A DNA stretch of 40,202 nucleotides, from positions 1 to 40,202 of the forward strand of contig JAOUEE010000002.1 in the NCBI GenBank assembly GCA_029858875.1, written 5' to 3'. Positions within the stretch are counted from its first letter, which is position 1, and each line of letters begins with the position of its first letter. Source of the stretch: Acidimicrobiia bacterium (GTDB lineage Bacteria; Actinomycetota; Acidimicrobiia; Acidimicrobiales; SHLQ01). The translations under genes and the position numbers were made by a program. A model generated the notes under the pieces. That model searched no databases and was not told where the DNA came from. It saw only the letters and a list, made by a program, of their open reading frames with translations. Positions 20,189-29,004 of the stretch are shown here, piece after piece.

Positions 20189-22267
20189 TCAGATGTCGAG
20201 GAAGCGGACATCCTTGGCGTTCGTCTGGATGAAGTGTTTGCGGCTCTCGACGTCCTCGCCCATGAGGATCGAGAAGACCTCGTCGGCGATGGCGGCGGTT
20301 TCCACCGAGACCTGCAACAAGGTGCGCTTGTCGCGGTCCATGGTGGTTTCGGCCAGCTCGTCGAAGTCCATCTCACCCAGACCCTTGAGCCGCTGGAAGT
20401 CGTTGCTGTGGTCGGGGTTCTCGGCCAGGAAGGCCTCTTTGACCTGATCGTCCTTGAGGTAGACCTTCTCCTTGCCGACCAGCGTGGAGTACAGCGGCGG
20501 TTGGGCGATGTACACATGCCCGTGTTCGACCAGTTCCTTCATCTGACGGAAGAAGAAGGTGAGCAGCAGGGTGCGGATGTGACTGCCGTCGACATCGGCA
20601 TCGCACAGCAGGATCACCTTGTCGTAGCGGATCTTGTCGACCTCGAACTCGTCGCCCAGGCCGGCGCCGATGGCCGACACGAGGGTCTGGATCTCGGTGT
20701 TCTTGAGCATGCGGTCGATGCGGGCCCGCTCGACGTTCAGGATCTTGCCGCGGATGGGCAGGATGGCCATGGTGCGCGGATCGCGGGCCTGCACGGCCGA
20801 GCCACCGGCCGAATCCCCCTCGACGATGAACAGCTCACACTCGTCGGGATTGCGTGACGAGCAGTCCTTGAGCTTGTCGGGCATGCCCGCGCCGTCGAGG
20901 GCCGATTTGCGACGGGCCTGGTCGCGAGCCTGGCGGGCGGCCAGCCGGGCTCGTGACGCGGCCACCGCCTTGGCGATGAGGGCCTTCGCTTCGTTGGGGT
21001 GCTCCTCGAGCCACTCGGCCAGCTTCTCGTTCGTGGCTCGCTCCACCAGCGAACGGATGGACACGTTGCCCAGCTTGCCTTTGGTCTGCCCCTCGAACTG
21101 CGGGTCGGCCAGACGCACGCTGATGATGGCGGTCAGGCCCTCGCGGATGTCCTCGCCCTGAAGCCGTTCGTCCTTGTCGGCCTTGAGGTGGCCGCGATCG
21201 AAGGCGTACCGGTTGATGACGTTGGTGAGCGCCTTGCGGAACCCCTCCTCGTGCATCCCACCTTCGATGGTGGTGATGCCGTTGGCGAAGCTGTGCACAC
21301 CATCGCTGTTGAAACCGGTGTTCCACTGGAAGGCGACCTCGACCTCCTGGTCCTGTTCGCTGGACTCGAAGTAGCCCACCGTCTCGAACAGGGCCTCCTT
21401 GGACTGGTTGATGTGGCTGACGAAGTCGATGATGCCGCCGTCGTACCGGTAGCTGGTCCAGTCGCCGTCGTCGGACATGCGGCGGTCACGGAACCGGATC
21501 TCCAGGCTGCGGTTGAGGAACGCCATCATCTGGAAGCGCTCCAGCAGGGTCTGGGCCCGGAAGGTGATCTCCTCGAAGATCGACGGATCCGGCCAGAACC
21601 GCACCGTGGTCCCGGTCCGACCTTCGGGGGCGTTGCCGCGGGGTTCGAGGGGGGTCTTGGCCGTGCCCCCCTGAATGAAATCCATGTAGTAGCGGGTGCC
21701 GGCTCGGTCGATCTCGACCTCCACCCGATCGGACAGGGCGTTCACCACCGAGACGCCCACCCCGTGCAGCCCGCCCGACACCTTGTAGCCGTCGCCACCG
21801 AACTTGCCGCCGGCATGGAGCACCGTGAGCACCACCTCCGCCGCGGTCAGGTCGTCGTACTTGGGGTGCGGGTCGACCGGGATGCCCCGGCCATTGTCGA
21901 CGACCTGGCAGCCACCGTCGGGCAACAGGCTGACATCGATCCGGGTGCAGTGGCCGGCCATGGCCTCATCGACGGAGTTGTCGACCACCTCGTAGACGAG
22001 GTGATGCAGCCCGCTGGGCCCGGTGGACCCGATGTACATGCCCGGCCGCTTGCGGACGGCTTCGAGCCCTTCGAGCACGGTGATGTCGGCCGCGCTGTAC
22101 GACGCGTCGTCAGCCACGACCGAGGACGACGGGCCGAACCCGTCCGCCGGGCCTGCGGTGGGCTCGTCGGGGCGGTCTTCGGACGAATCGGTGGTGGCTC
22201 CCTCAGCCAAGATCGGACCCTTCCCCGATCGCGGCCAAGGCGATCGGTGCACTGCGGTGGAGGCCAC
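20189..22267 (-). CDS. gyrB: DNA gyrase subunit B
   Basis: LEGLEAVRKRPGMYIGST, GLHHLVYEVVDNSVDEA, a Toprim EGDSAGG motif and a PLRGKILNVE-like motif. The ORF-track start gives about 55 aa before the conserved core, so the true start may be internal. Confidence 0.97.
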   Translation of the reverse strand: MASTAVHRSPWPRSGKGPILAEGATTDSSEDRPDEPTAGPADGFGPSSSVVADDASYSAADITVLEGLEAVRKRPGMYIGSTGPSGLHHLVYEVVDNSVDEAMAGHCTRIDVSLLPDGGCQVVDNGRGIPVDPHPKYDDLTAAEVVLTVLHAGGKFGGDGYKVSGGLHGVGVSVVNALSDRVEVEIDRAGTRYYMDFIQGGTAKTPLEPRGNAPEGRTGTTVRFWPDPSIFEEITFRAQTLLERFQMMAFLNRSLEIRFRDRRMSDDGDWTSYRYDGGIIDFVSHINQSKEALFETVGYFESSEQDQEVEVAFQWNTGFNSDGVHSFANGITTIEGGMHEEGFRKALTNVINRYAFDRGHLKADKDERLQGEDIREGLTAIISVRLADPQFEGQTKGKLGNVSIRSLVERATNEKLAEWLEEHPNEAKALIAKAVAASRARLAARQARDQARRKSALDGAGMPDKLKDCSSRNPDECELFIVEGDSAGGSAVQARDPRTMAILPIRGKILNVERARIDRMLKNTEIQTLVSAIGAGLGDEFEVDKIRYDKVILLCDADVDGSHIRTLLLTFFFRQMKELVEHGHVYIAQPPLYSTLVGKEKVYLKDDQVKEAFLAENPDHSNDFQRLKGLGEMDFDELAETTMDRDKRTLLQVSVETAAIADEVFSILMGEDVESRKHFIQTNAKDVRFLDI

Positions 22268-22386
22268 CGATTCCCCTGCAAAAACAAGGGTGCGGCCGGC
22301 AAATCACGATGATGTGAGTTTACCAGTGGAGACGCCGGTTCCGAGGTATCCCGGCGGCGTTCGCGATCGTCGGTCTGACAGCCATG

Positions 22387-22716
22387 TCAAGGTCTGACGG
22401 GCGGGGCCTCGGGCCGGGGCTGCGCCGGGCGGACCACGAAGCGGATGGACTCGATCTCGTGGGTCTCCAACTGTTCGGCCATGCGGCTGATCACCTCGTC
22501 CTGGGACCAGCGGAGATGGCTGGCCCAAGCCGGATCGTCGACGGCCACCACGAGACAGCCATCGTCGATGGAGACCGGTCGACTGTGCTCGGCGATGCCC
22601 GGCCCCACCACCTGGGCCCAGTACTCGAACACACGGGCCACCGTGTCCGCCTGCGGGGCATCGAGATGACGCAGCAGTCGTTCGACGCCTGCTCGCAAGG
22701 GCACCGGCTCAGTCAT
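22387..22716 (-). CDS. dciA: DUF721 domain protein (DciA-family helicase-loading factor, Rv0004-like)
   Basis: 109 aa, in the conserved position between recF and gyrB. W..VVG..IA.HS.P....G.L.V.V....WA..L is the DUF721 pattern. It overlaps the recF stop by 8 nt. Confidence 0.75.
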   Translation of the reverse strand: MTEPVPLRAGVERLLRHLDAPQADTVARVFEYWAQVVGPGIAEHSRPVSIDDGCLVVAVDDPAWASHLRWSQDEVISRMAEQLETHEIESIRFVVRPAQPRPEAPPVRP

Positions 22717-23800
22717 CGGGCACCTCGGTGAGGTGATGATCGACGATCGACCAGGTGCAATCAGGCCGGGCCCGGGGAGGGAGGCCCGCGGCGGAGGTCA
22801 GCAGGGCCTGGCTGTCGGGCAGCTGGGCCAGGAGGGCGTCGCTACGGTCCGGATCGAGCTCGGAGAACACGTCGTCGAGGATGAGGATCGGCGCCTGACC
22901 CGTCTCCTCGGTCGCCAGTCGCTGAGCGGCCAGCCGAAGGGCCAGGGCCAGGGATCGCTGCTCGCCCTGACTGGCATGCGTCCGAGCGGCCAGCCCACCG
23001 ATGGCGAGCACCACGTCATCGCGATGGGGACCAACCGTGGTGACCCCGCGCCGCAGATCGTCGCGGCGCGATGTCGCCAATGCCTCGGCCAGCCCACCGC
23101 CGCGCCACGGGGCGTCGTAGTGCATGCTCACCTGGGCCGGCTGCCCGGCCAATTGGTCATAGGCCGTGGCCAGATGGGGCTCGAGCAACGACAGCGTCTC
23201 GACCCGTCGATCGGCCAGGGCCGTTCCCGAAGTCACCAGCTTGGTGTCCCACACATCGAGGGTGATGGCAACCTCTTCGGTCAAACGCCCGCCCGCCTGC
23301 TTCAGCAAGGTGTTGCGTTGGCGGAGAACCTTGTCGACCGCGGCGCGCTGCTCGTCGAACTTGGGATGGCGGGCCGCCAAGAGCTCGTCGAGGAACCGTC
23401 GGCGTTCGCCCGGCCCCTCTTTGATGAGACGGAGATCATCGGGAGCGAACACGGTGGCCCGCACCACCCCCATCAGCTCGCGACCACGGGTCAAGCGCTG
23501 GCGGTTGACCTGCACTCTGGTACGTCCGGTGCGGGGGATCTCGGCTTCGATCAACACCTCGCGACCATCACTGTCGATCTCGGCCCGCACGATCGCCCGG
23601 TCGGCACCGCGGCGGATGAGGGCCTCGGTGGGAGCACCCCGGAACGAACTGAGGGTGGCCAACCAGGCAATGGCCTCAACCAGGTTCGTCTTTCCCTGCC
23701 CGTTGTCCCCGAGGATCGCCGTCACGCCTTCGGAGAAGGTGACGTCCAGCTCGCGGTAGCCGCGGAAGTCGGTCAACCACAGCCGTCGAAGGCGCGCCAT
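22709..23800 (-). CDS. recF: DNA replication and repair protein RecF
   Basis: L.L.DFR.Y, Walker A GDNGQGKTNLVEA, the signature SQGEQRSLALALRLA and Walker B ILILDDV. Confidence 0.97.
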   Translation of the reverse strand: MARLRRLWLTDFRGYRELDVTFSEGVTAILGDNGQGKTNLVEAIAWLATLSSFRGAPTEALIRRGADRAIVRAEIDSDGREVLIEAEIPRTGRTRVQVNRQRLTRGRELMGVVRATVFAPDDLRLIKEGPGERRRFLDELLAARHPKFDEQRAAVDKVLRQRNTLLKQAGGRLTEEVAITLDVWDTKLVTSGTALADRRVETLSLLEPHLATAYDQLAGQPAQVSMHYDAPWRGGGLAEALATSRRDDLRRGVTTVGPHRDDVVLAIGGLAARTHASQGEQRSLALALRLAAQRLATEETGQAPILILDDVFSELDPDRSDALLAQLPDSQALLTSAAGLPPRARPDCTWSIVDHHLTEVPDD

Positions 23801-23816
23801 CAGCGCGGCGCAGAGC

Positions 23817-24911
23817 TCAGGACACCCGTACCGGCATGAGGAGGTACAGGAATTCGTCGCTGCCGACCATACGCAGCAGTGCCGGCTTCAGCTCGTCGAC
23901 CGTCTCCAGCGTGACCTCGTCACCGCCGGTGACATCGATGCCCTGCAGGAGGTAGTCGGGGTTGAAGGCCACCGTGAGCTCGGCACCGTCGTAGCTGGCG
24001 TCAACCGCCTCATGGGCCTGGCCGACATCCTGGGTGACGGCCACCAGCTCCAGGATGTCCGGTTTCATGATCAGCCGGACGGGCGTGGCCTCCTGAGCCA
24101 GGAGACGAACACGGCGGACCGCATCGAGCAGCAGCTCGCGATTCACGGTGAGCCGATTGGGCTGACTGGCCGGGATGAGGCCGCGGTAGTTGGGGAACTC
24201 GCCCTCGATCAAACGGGTGGTGACCCGCGCACCGGCCATCTCGAAGGTGGCGTCGTGTTCCCCCAGGCGGAGGGTGAGCTCGGCACCGGCATCGAGCACA
24301 CGAGCCAGCTCGTTGAGCGATCGTGACGGCACCAGTACCGATTCGTCACCGGTGAGCACACTCGTACCGGGGAGATCGCGAACGGCCAGACGATACGAAT
24401 CGGTCGCAACCAGCCGCAGGCCGTCGCTCTCGGCCGCCATCAGCACGCCGGTGAGGATCGGTCGGGAATCATCGGCCGAGGCCGCCGGAATCACCTGGCG
24501 CAACGCGTCACGGAACACCGCGGCGTCGAGCTGCACCGCGTTCGCGGCCGGTTCGGGCAGCTGTGGGAACTCGTCGGCCGGGATCACCCGCAGGGAGAAC
24601 TCGGAACGACCGGCGGAGATGTGGGCTTCCTCACCCTCGACGGCGAACTCGACCTTGCCGTCGGCCACGGCCCGAACGATGTCGGAGGCCAACTTGGCGG
24701 GCAACACCGTGATCCCATCGGTGTCGCCGGCGACTTCCACACCAACCGAGATGGTCAGATCGAGGTCACTTCCGGTGATGCGCAGCTCGTTGCCGACCAG
24801 GGCCAGATGCACCCCCGAGAGCACGGGAAGCGAACCACCACGGGTGCTCACCGCTCTGCTCGCGAGGCCCAGTGCTCGTTCGAGCGCTTCACGTTCACAA
24901 CGGAACTTCAT
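23817..24911 (-). CDS. dnaN: DNA polymerase III beta sliding clamp
   Basis: MKFRCEREAL...LPVLSGVHL, in a 364-aa three-domain clamp immediately downstream of dnaA. Confidence 0.97.
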   Translation of the reverse strand: MKFRCEREALERALGLASRAVSTRGGSLPVLSGVHLALVGNELRITGSDLDLTISVGVEVAGDTDGITVLPAKLASDIVRAVADGKVEFAVEGEEAHISAGRSEFSLRVIPADEFPQLPEPAANAVQLDAAVFRDALRQVIPAASADDSRPILTGVLMAAESDGLRLVATDSYRLAVRDLPGTSVLTGDESVLVPSRSLNELARVLDAGAELTLRLGEHDATFEMAGARVTTRLIEGEFPNYRGLIPASQPNRLTVNRELLLDAVRRVRLLAQEATPVRLIMKPDILELVAVTQDVGQAHEAVDASYDGAELTVAFNPDYLLQGIDVTGGDEVTLETVDELKPALLRMVGSDEFLYLLMPVRVS

Positions 24912-24969
24912 CGGCTTGTGTCTTCTTTCTCAACCAGGATGTAGAAGAACCAGTAGTTGGTAGTAGGGC

Positions 24970-24986
24970 TTGTGGATTGTGGACGG
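24970..24986 (-). promoter_or_regulatory. two head-to-tail DnaA-box-like sites (minus strand CCGTCCACA / CAATCCACA)
   Basis: The plus strand shows a perfect tandem TTGTGGA-TTGTGGA at 24970-24983. Each matches 7/9 of TTATCCACA / TTGTCCACA. Confidence 0.6.
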
Positions 24987-25068
24987 ACCGGCATTTCCCC
25001 TGTTGGGACCGGGTTCGGTTGTCCCCCGATGGGGCGCGGGTGTGCACAGGCGGTGCGCACGAGCGCAC

Positions 25069-25106
25069 CCTGTCGGTGGATGACCGTAGCGTTGTCCACC
25101 GACAGG
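25069..25106. repeat. perfect 12-bp inverted repeat CCTGTCGGTGGA-N14-TCCACCGACAGG inside the oriC spacer
   Basis: The arms lie at 25069-25080 and 25095-25106. The right arm overlaps TTGTCCACC (25092-25100, 8/9 to the actinobacterial DnaA box). Confidence 0.85.
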
Positions 25107-25236
25107 ACGTGGTTCATCCCCGGTGTGTGCACATGGTCGTCCCCATGCCGATCAGCCCGCCGGCGGTGCCCGGACCGCGTGGTTGCGGCGCGGTGACACC
25201 GGCACCTGGCCGACTGGTTGCGACCGGGTGGCGAGG

Positions 25237-26631
25237 TCACGACGACTTGATGCGTTGGATGAGCGCCGTGACCTGGTCATAGATCTGGCGGCGCTCGCGC
25301 ATCAGGTTGTCGATCTTGTCGACGGCGTGGATCACCGTGGTGTGGTCACGATTGCCGAACTCGCGCGCGATGGCCGGGTAGCTCATGTCGGTGAGCTGGC
25401 GGCAGACGTACATGCCGACCTGGCGAGCCGTGACGAGGGGCCGCCGCCGGCTGGCTCCGATGATCTCCTCCACCGGGAAGCCGAACATCTCGGAGGTCTC
25501 GTCGAGGATCAACGCCGCGGTGATCTGGCGTGGGCCGGTGTTGGCGATGATGTCGGCCAACACGTGCTCGGCGAGCGCCACCGACAACGGTTCCTGGGTC
25601 AGGCTGGCGTAGGCCGTGACCCGGGTGAGCGCCCCCTCGAGCTCTCGGATGTTGTCCGTGACGTTGGTGGCGATGAAGTCGAGCACTTCGGCCGGCACCG
25701 GAAGGGCCTCGCTCTCGCTGTGCTTGCGCAGGATGGCGAGACGGGTCTCGAGGTCAGGTGGCTGGATGTCGGTGGTGAGACCCATCTTGAAGCGACTCTT
25801 GAGCCGATCCTCGAGGGTGGGGATGGCGTCGGGTGAGCGGTCCGAGGACAGCACGATCTGCTTGTTGGCCTGATGGAGGTGGTTGAAGTTGTGGAAGAAC
25901 TCCTCCTGGAGCCCTTCCTTGCCCTCGAGGAACTGGATGTCGTCCACCAGGAGGACGTCCACCTCTCGGTAGTGGCGCTTGAACTCCATCTGGCGGTTGG
26001 TACGAATGGCCTCGACGAACTGGTTGAGGAAGGTCTCACACGACACGTAGCGCACGGTGTAGGCCGTGTAGTGCGAGTTGACGTAGTGCGCGATGCCCTG
26101 GAGCAGATGGGTCTTGCCCAGCCCCGCGTCGCCGTAGATGAACAACGGGTTGTACGAACGGGCCGGCGTCTCGGCCACGGCCATGGCGGCGGCGTGGGCG
26201 AAGCGGTTGGACGTGCCGGCCACGAAGTTCTCGAACGTCAACTTGTCGTTGAGCGTCTGGCTCTGGATGGGGATGGTGCTGTCACCGACGGTTCGGCGGG
26301 CGGCGACGGTTCGGTTGCGCAGGTCGACGACGGCGGCCAGGTCGTCGTCGGTGAACACCAATTGCTCGTGGTCGACGACGGCGGGCGTCTCGACATCGAT
26401 GGTGACCTCGAGGTCCTGCGTGGTGGCCTCGGCCACTGCGGCGTTGAGAATCGGGAGGTAGCGGGCCTCTATGCGGTCCTTGACCAACTTGGAGGGAACC
26501 GCCAGCAACAGGCGGTCCTGGTCGATGGCACGCGCTTCGAGGTCGAGGAAGGTGGTCTGCCAGACCACCTCCGAAACCTGGGCGCGTATGGCACTGGCGC
26601 AGGTCGTCCACAGATCATCGACGTCGTCCAA
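25237..26631 (-). CDS. dnaA: chromosomal replication initiator protein DnaA
   Basis: AAA+ Walker A GDAGLGKTHLL, Walker B LLVDDIQFL, sensor motifs and the domain IV DnaA signature (IAREFGNRDHTTVIHA). The TTG start has GGAGG 6 nt upstream. Confidence 0.98.
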   Translation of the reverse strand: MDDVDDLWTTCASAIRAQVSEVVWQTTFLDLEARAIDQDRLLLAVPSKLVKDRIEARYLPILNAAVAEATTQDLEVTIDVETPAVVDHEQLVFTDDDLAAVVDLRNRTVAARRTVGDSTIPIQSQTLNDKLTFENFVAGTSNRFAHAAAMAVAETPARSYNPLFIYGDAGLGKTHLLQGIAHYVNSHYTAYTVRYVSCETFLNQFVEAIRTNRQMEFKRHYREVDVLLVDDIQFLEGKEGLQEEFFHNFNHLHQANKQIVLSSDRSPDAIPTLEDRLKSRFKMGLTTDIQPPDLETRLAILRKHSESEALPVPAEVLDFIATNVTDNIRELEGALTRVTAYASLTQEPLSVALAEHVLADIIANTGPRQITAALILDETSEMFGFPVEEIIGASRRRPLVTARQVGMYVCRQLTDMSYPAIAREFGNRDHTTVIHAVDKIDNLMRERRQIYDQVTALIQRIKSS

Positions 26632-26652
26632 CTTGCGCCTCCACTCAGCGCC

Positions 26653-26661
26653 TTATCCACA
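26653..26661 (+). promoter_or_regulatory. perfect consensus DnaA box TTATCCACA in the dnaA leader/promoter
   Basis: An exact 9/9 match, 11 nt upstream of the dnaA Shine-Dalgarno. It is followed by the back-to-back CCACA-A-TGTGG palindrome at 26669-26679. Confidence 0.75.
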
Positions 26662-26930
26662 GACCGCTCCACAATGTGGGGATGACGGCCGGGCCCGTTG
26701 GTCGACACCGGTGATCTGGCGTGTTCGTCGGGGCTTTCGAGTGAAATTTCAAGGGATAGGCCAGGTCGTGGGGAAGTGATGACCGGCGGGCGCCGGACCG
26801 TAGCACCAGGTTCGGGGTGTGCAAACCGGAACGAGAGAAGCTTCATCGGTCCAGTTCAGCACGGGTGAATGACAACCATGAGATTTACGGAAAGTGGGTG
26901 GCCGGCCATCGGCGTGGGGATGGACGTGAA

Positions 26931-26960
26931 GGTCGGGGTCGGTCGGGGTCGGTGATCGGG
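26931..26960 (+). repeat. tandem GGTCGGGGTC x2 plus a degenerate third copy; G-run cluster
   Basis: GGTCGGGGTC occurs at 26931-26940 and 26941-26950, then GGTGATCGGG. These are preceded by GGGG at 26916-26919. All lie in the rpmH-dnaA intergenic region. Confidence 0.8.
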
Positions 26961-27111
26961 CATGGCAGGCAACCGGTAGTCAATCGGTCTAGGTCCCACT
27001 AGCGTATGACGGTTGCCCGGGCAGCCGTGTCGCGCTGCCGGGTGTAGCTCGATGCCCGGCTTCGGCATCGGTTCCAGGCCAGTCACCGGTTCGGCCGCGA
27101 AGGAGTTCACG

Positions 27112-27246
27112 ATGAAGCGTACCTATCAGCCCAACGTCCGTAAGCGTGCCCGCAAGCACGGCTTTCGTCACCGCATGCGCACGCGCGGGGGCCGAGCGAT
27201 CGTCCGCTCCCGCCGGGCGAAGGGCCGGGCCCGGCTGAGCGCTTGA
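27112..27246 (+). CDS. rpmH: 50S ribosomal protein L34
   Basis: [44 protein letters not shown], with AGGAG 6 nt upstream of the ATG. Confidence 0.98.
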   Translation: MKRTYQPNVRKRARKHGFRHRMRTRGGRAIVRSRRAKGRARLSA

Positions 27247-27629
27247 TCTCGTCGGTCACCGATCGAGCAACGTTTCGTGCCCTCTCCTCTCGCGCCAGCC
27301 ACCACCGTGCCGATGGCCTGCGCGTCCGTGCCCTCCCCCGATCTGACGATGATGTCATTGCATCCGGCCCGCTCGACCGATCCGTCGATGTGCGGGTCGC
27401 CTTCTCCATCAGCCGACGGGTGGGCAACGCCGTCACCCGCAATCGGCTCCGACGTCGCCTGCGCGCCCTGCTCGACGCGGCGGCTCGTGACCCGCTCATG
27501 GCGCTCCCGGAGGGCGACTACCTGTTCATCGCCGATTCCCAACTGGCCCGAATCACCTATGCTGACCTGGCGAAACGCGTGCACGACGTGATTGCCGACG
27601 TGCGCACGACGGTGGGTGAGTGCCAGTGA
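27243..27629 (+). CDS. rnpA: ribonuclease P protein component
   Basis: It lies immediately after rpmH, with a TTG start overlapping the rpmH stop. It has the basic RNR-type motif [15 protein letters not shown]. 128 aa. Confidence 0.9.
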   Translation: MISSVTDRATFRALSSRASHHRADGLRVRALPRSDDDVIASGPLDRSVDVRVAFSISRRVGNAVTRNRLRRRLRALLDAAARDPLMALPEGDYLFIADSQLARITYADLAKRVHDVIADVRTTVGECQ

Positions 27630-27874
27630 TCGCCGCAGTGATCGTGCGTCTCATCAAGGGGTACCAGGCGCTGTTCTCCCACCGACCCTCACCGTGTCGA
27701 TACATACCGACATGCTCCAGTTATGCCTTGGAAGCCGTGGAAACCCATGGCGCGATGAAGGGAAGCTGGCTCGGGGCCCGCCGGATCTGCCGCTGTCACC
27801 CGTGGGGTGCGCATGGGTACGACCCCGTGCCCCAGCCCGGTTTCGAACAGGAGGAGGCGCCGTGTTCGACCTGA
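27620..27874 (+). CDS. yidD: membrane protein insertion efficiency factor YidD
   Basis: [45 protein letters not shown] is the YidD signature. Confidence 0.93.
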   Translation: MPVIAAVIVRLIKGYQALFSHRPSPCRYIPTCSSYALEAVETHGAMKGSWLGARRICRCHPWGAHGYDPVPQPGFEQEEAPCST

Positions 27875-29004
27875 TAGCAGGCGTTCTCGCGTGGATCTAC
27901 TCGGTCGTCAACAACTTGGGTTTCGCCATCATCTTGTTGACCCTCGTGGTCATGATCGTGATGACGCCGCTCACCCTCAGCGGCACCAAGTCCATGATCA
28001 AGATGCAACGGCTACAGCCAGAATTGCGCAAGATACAACAGAAGCACAAGGGCGACCGGGAAAAAATGAACGCCGAGATGATGGCGTTCTATCAGGAGAA
28101 CAACGTCAACCCGGTGGGTGGGTGCCTGCCCCTGTTCTTCCAGTTGCCGGTCTTCCTGGTGCTGTATCGGGTACTGCAGGGCCTGACCCGTCGAGAGGTC
28201 TCCCTGGGCATCCCGGTGGGCTCGTCGAGCTGGGTCGGATCGGGTTCGACCAACCAGGTGCCCTCGATCCAGGACCTCGGCATCGTCCGAGCCTTCAACC
28301 CGCAGTACCTCAGCGACACGTCGGACCTGGCCAAGGACCTGCACAACGAGACCGACATCCCGTTCTTCTTCAACGTCTTCGATCTGTCCCAGAGTCCCCT
28401 CGACGCACTGAAGGACTCGATCATCAGCGGGTTACCCTACCTGGTGCTGTTGCTGGTGGTCCTGGTGACGTCGCTCTACCAGCAGCGCCAGATCCAGGGC
28501 CGCAACCCCAACGCGATGGCCAATCCCCAGCAAGCGGCGCTGATGAAGGTGATGCCGTTCTTCTTGCCGGTGATCGCCTTCTCGCTGCAATCGGCGCTGC
28601 TGTTGTACTTCATCACCTCGAACCTCTACCGCATCGGTCAGCAGTCCTACATCACCCGGGCGCTGTACGCCGCCGACGGCGACACCGTGGTCGAGGCGCG
28701 CGTCGTCGACGATGAGCCACCGGCCAAGAAGCCGAAGAACAAGGGCGGCTCTGGGACCAGCGGTGGTGGGACGAGCAAGTCGGCCCCGGCCAAGGCGACC
28801 CCGGCCAAGGCGACCCCGAAGAAGCCGCAGAAGACCAAGCCGGCGAGCGATCGATCGGACAACAACTCCGGTTCGGATACCGGTCGGTCCCGGCGGGGCG
28901 CCGGCGCCGGCCGGGCCGTACCAAGGGACAACCCGGCTCCTTCGAGTCGGACAGGGGGGACCCAACCGCGGTCCTCCAAGAACAGGAAGAAGAAGAGGAA
29001 ATAA
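27862..29004 (+). CDS. yidC: membrane protein insertase YidC (short, Gram-positive type) with a long basic C-terminal tail
   Basis: Within ORF 27592..29004, the GTG at 27862 follows AGGAGGAGG. The sequence then reads [68 protein letters not shown], the YidC/Oxa1 core. The tail is Lys/Arg/Pro/Ser-rich. Confidence 0.93.
   Translation: MFDLIAGVLAWIYSVVNNLGFAIILLTLVVMIVMTPLTLSGTKSMIKMQRLQPELRKIQQKHKGDREKMNAEMMAFYQENNVNPVGGCLPLFFQLPVFLVLYRVLQGLTRREVSLGIPVGSSSWVGSGSTNQVPSIQDLGIVRAFNPQYLSDTSDLAKDLHNETDIPFFFNVFDLSQSPLDALKDSIISGLPYLVLLLVVLVTSLYQQRQIQGRNPNAMANPQQAALMKVMPFFLPVIAFSLQSALLLYFITSNLYRIGQQSYITRALYAADGDTVVEARVVDDEPPAKKPKNKGGSGTSGGGTSKSAPAKATPAKATPKKPQKTKPASDRSDNNSGSDTGRSRRGAGAGRAVPRDNPAPSSRTGGTQPRSSKNRKKKRK
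28786..28815 (+). repeat. in-frame 15-nt tandem duplication CCGGCCAAGGCGACC x2 ([10 protein letters not shown]) in the YidC tail
   Basis: Exact direct repeat read from the sequence. Confidence 0.85.

Larger units (their letters stand above)
24912..25236. other. candidate chromosomal origin oriC (dnaA-dnaN spacer)
   Basis: A 325-bp non-coding spacer in the canonical actinobacterial oriC position. It contains DnaA-box-like sites, TAG/CTA trinucleotide repeats, the least GC-rich sequence of the region next to dnaN, and several palindromes. Confidence 0.7.

Noticed and set aside
17546-20857. 1103-aa plus-strand ORF spanning the gyrA and gyrB loci
   Set aside because: It is antisense to two unmistakable gyrase genes. 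Its composition is Gly/Asp/Val/His/Arg-rich with no motifs, which is the classic high-GC shadow ORF.
26931-26960. Short tandem repeats as a possible CRISPR array or minisatellite
   Set aside because: There are only 2.5 copies of a 10-mer with no spacers. Nothing CRISPR-like and no cas genes occur anywhere in the window.
27592-27861. N-terminal extension of the yidC ORF (470-aa version)
   Set aside because: It overlaps rnpA and yidD in another frame and has no YidC-like sequence. The GTG at 27862 with an AGGAGGAGG SD gives the canonical short YidC. Similar junk extensions were trimmed from ORFs 3431..4096, 33817..34209, 35650..36738 and 38741..39724.
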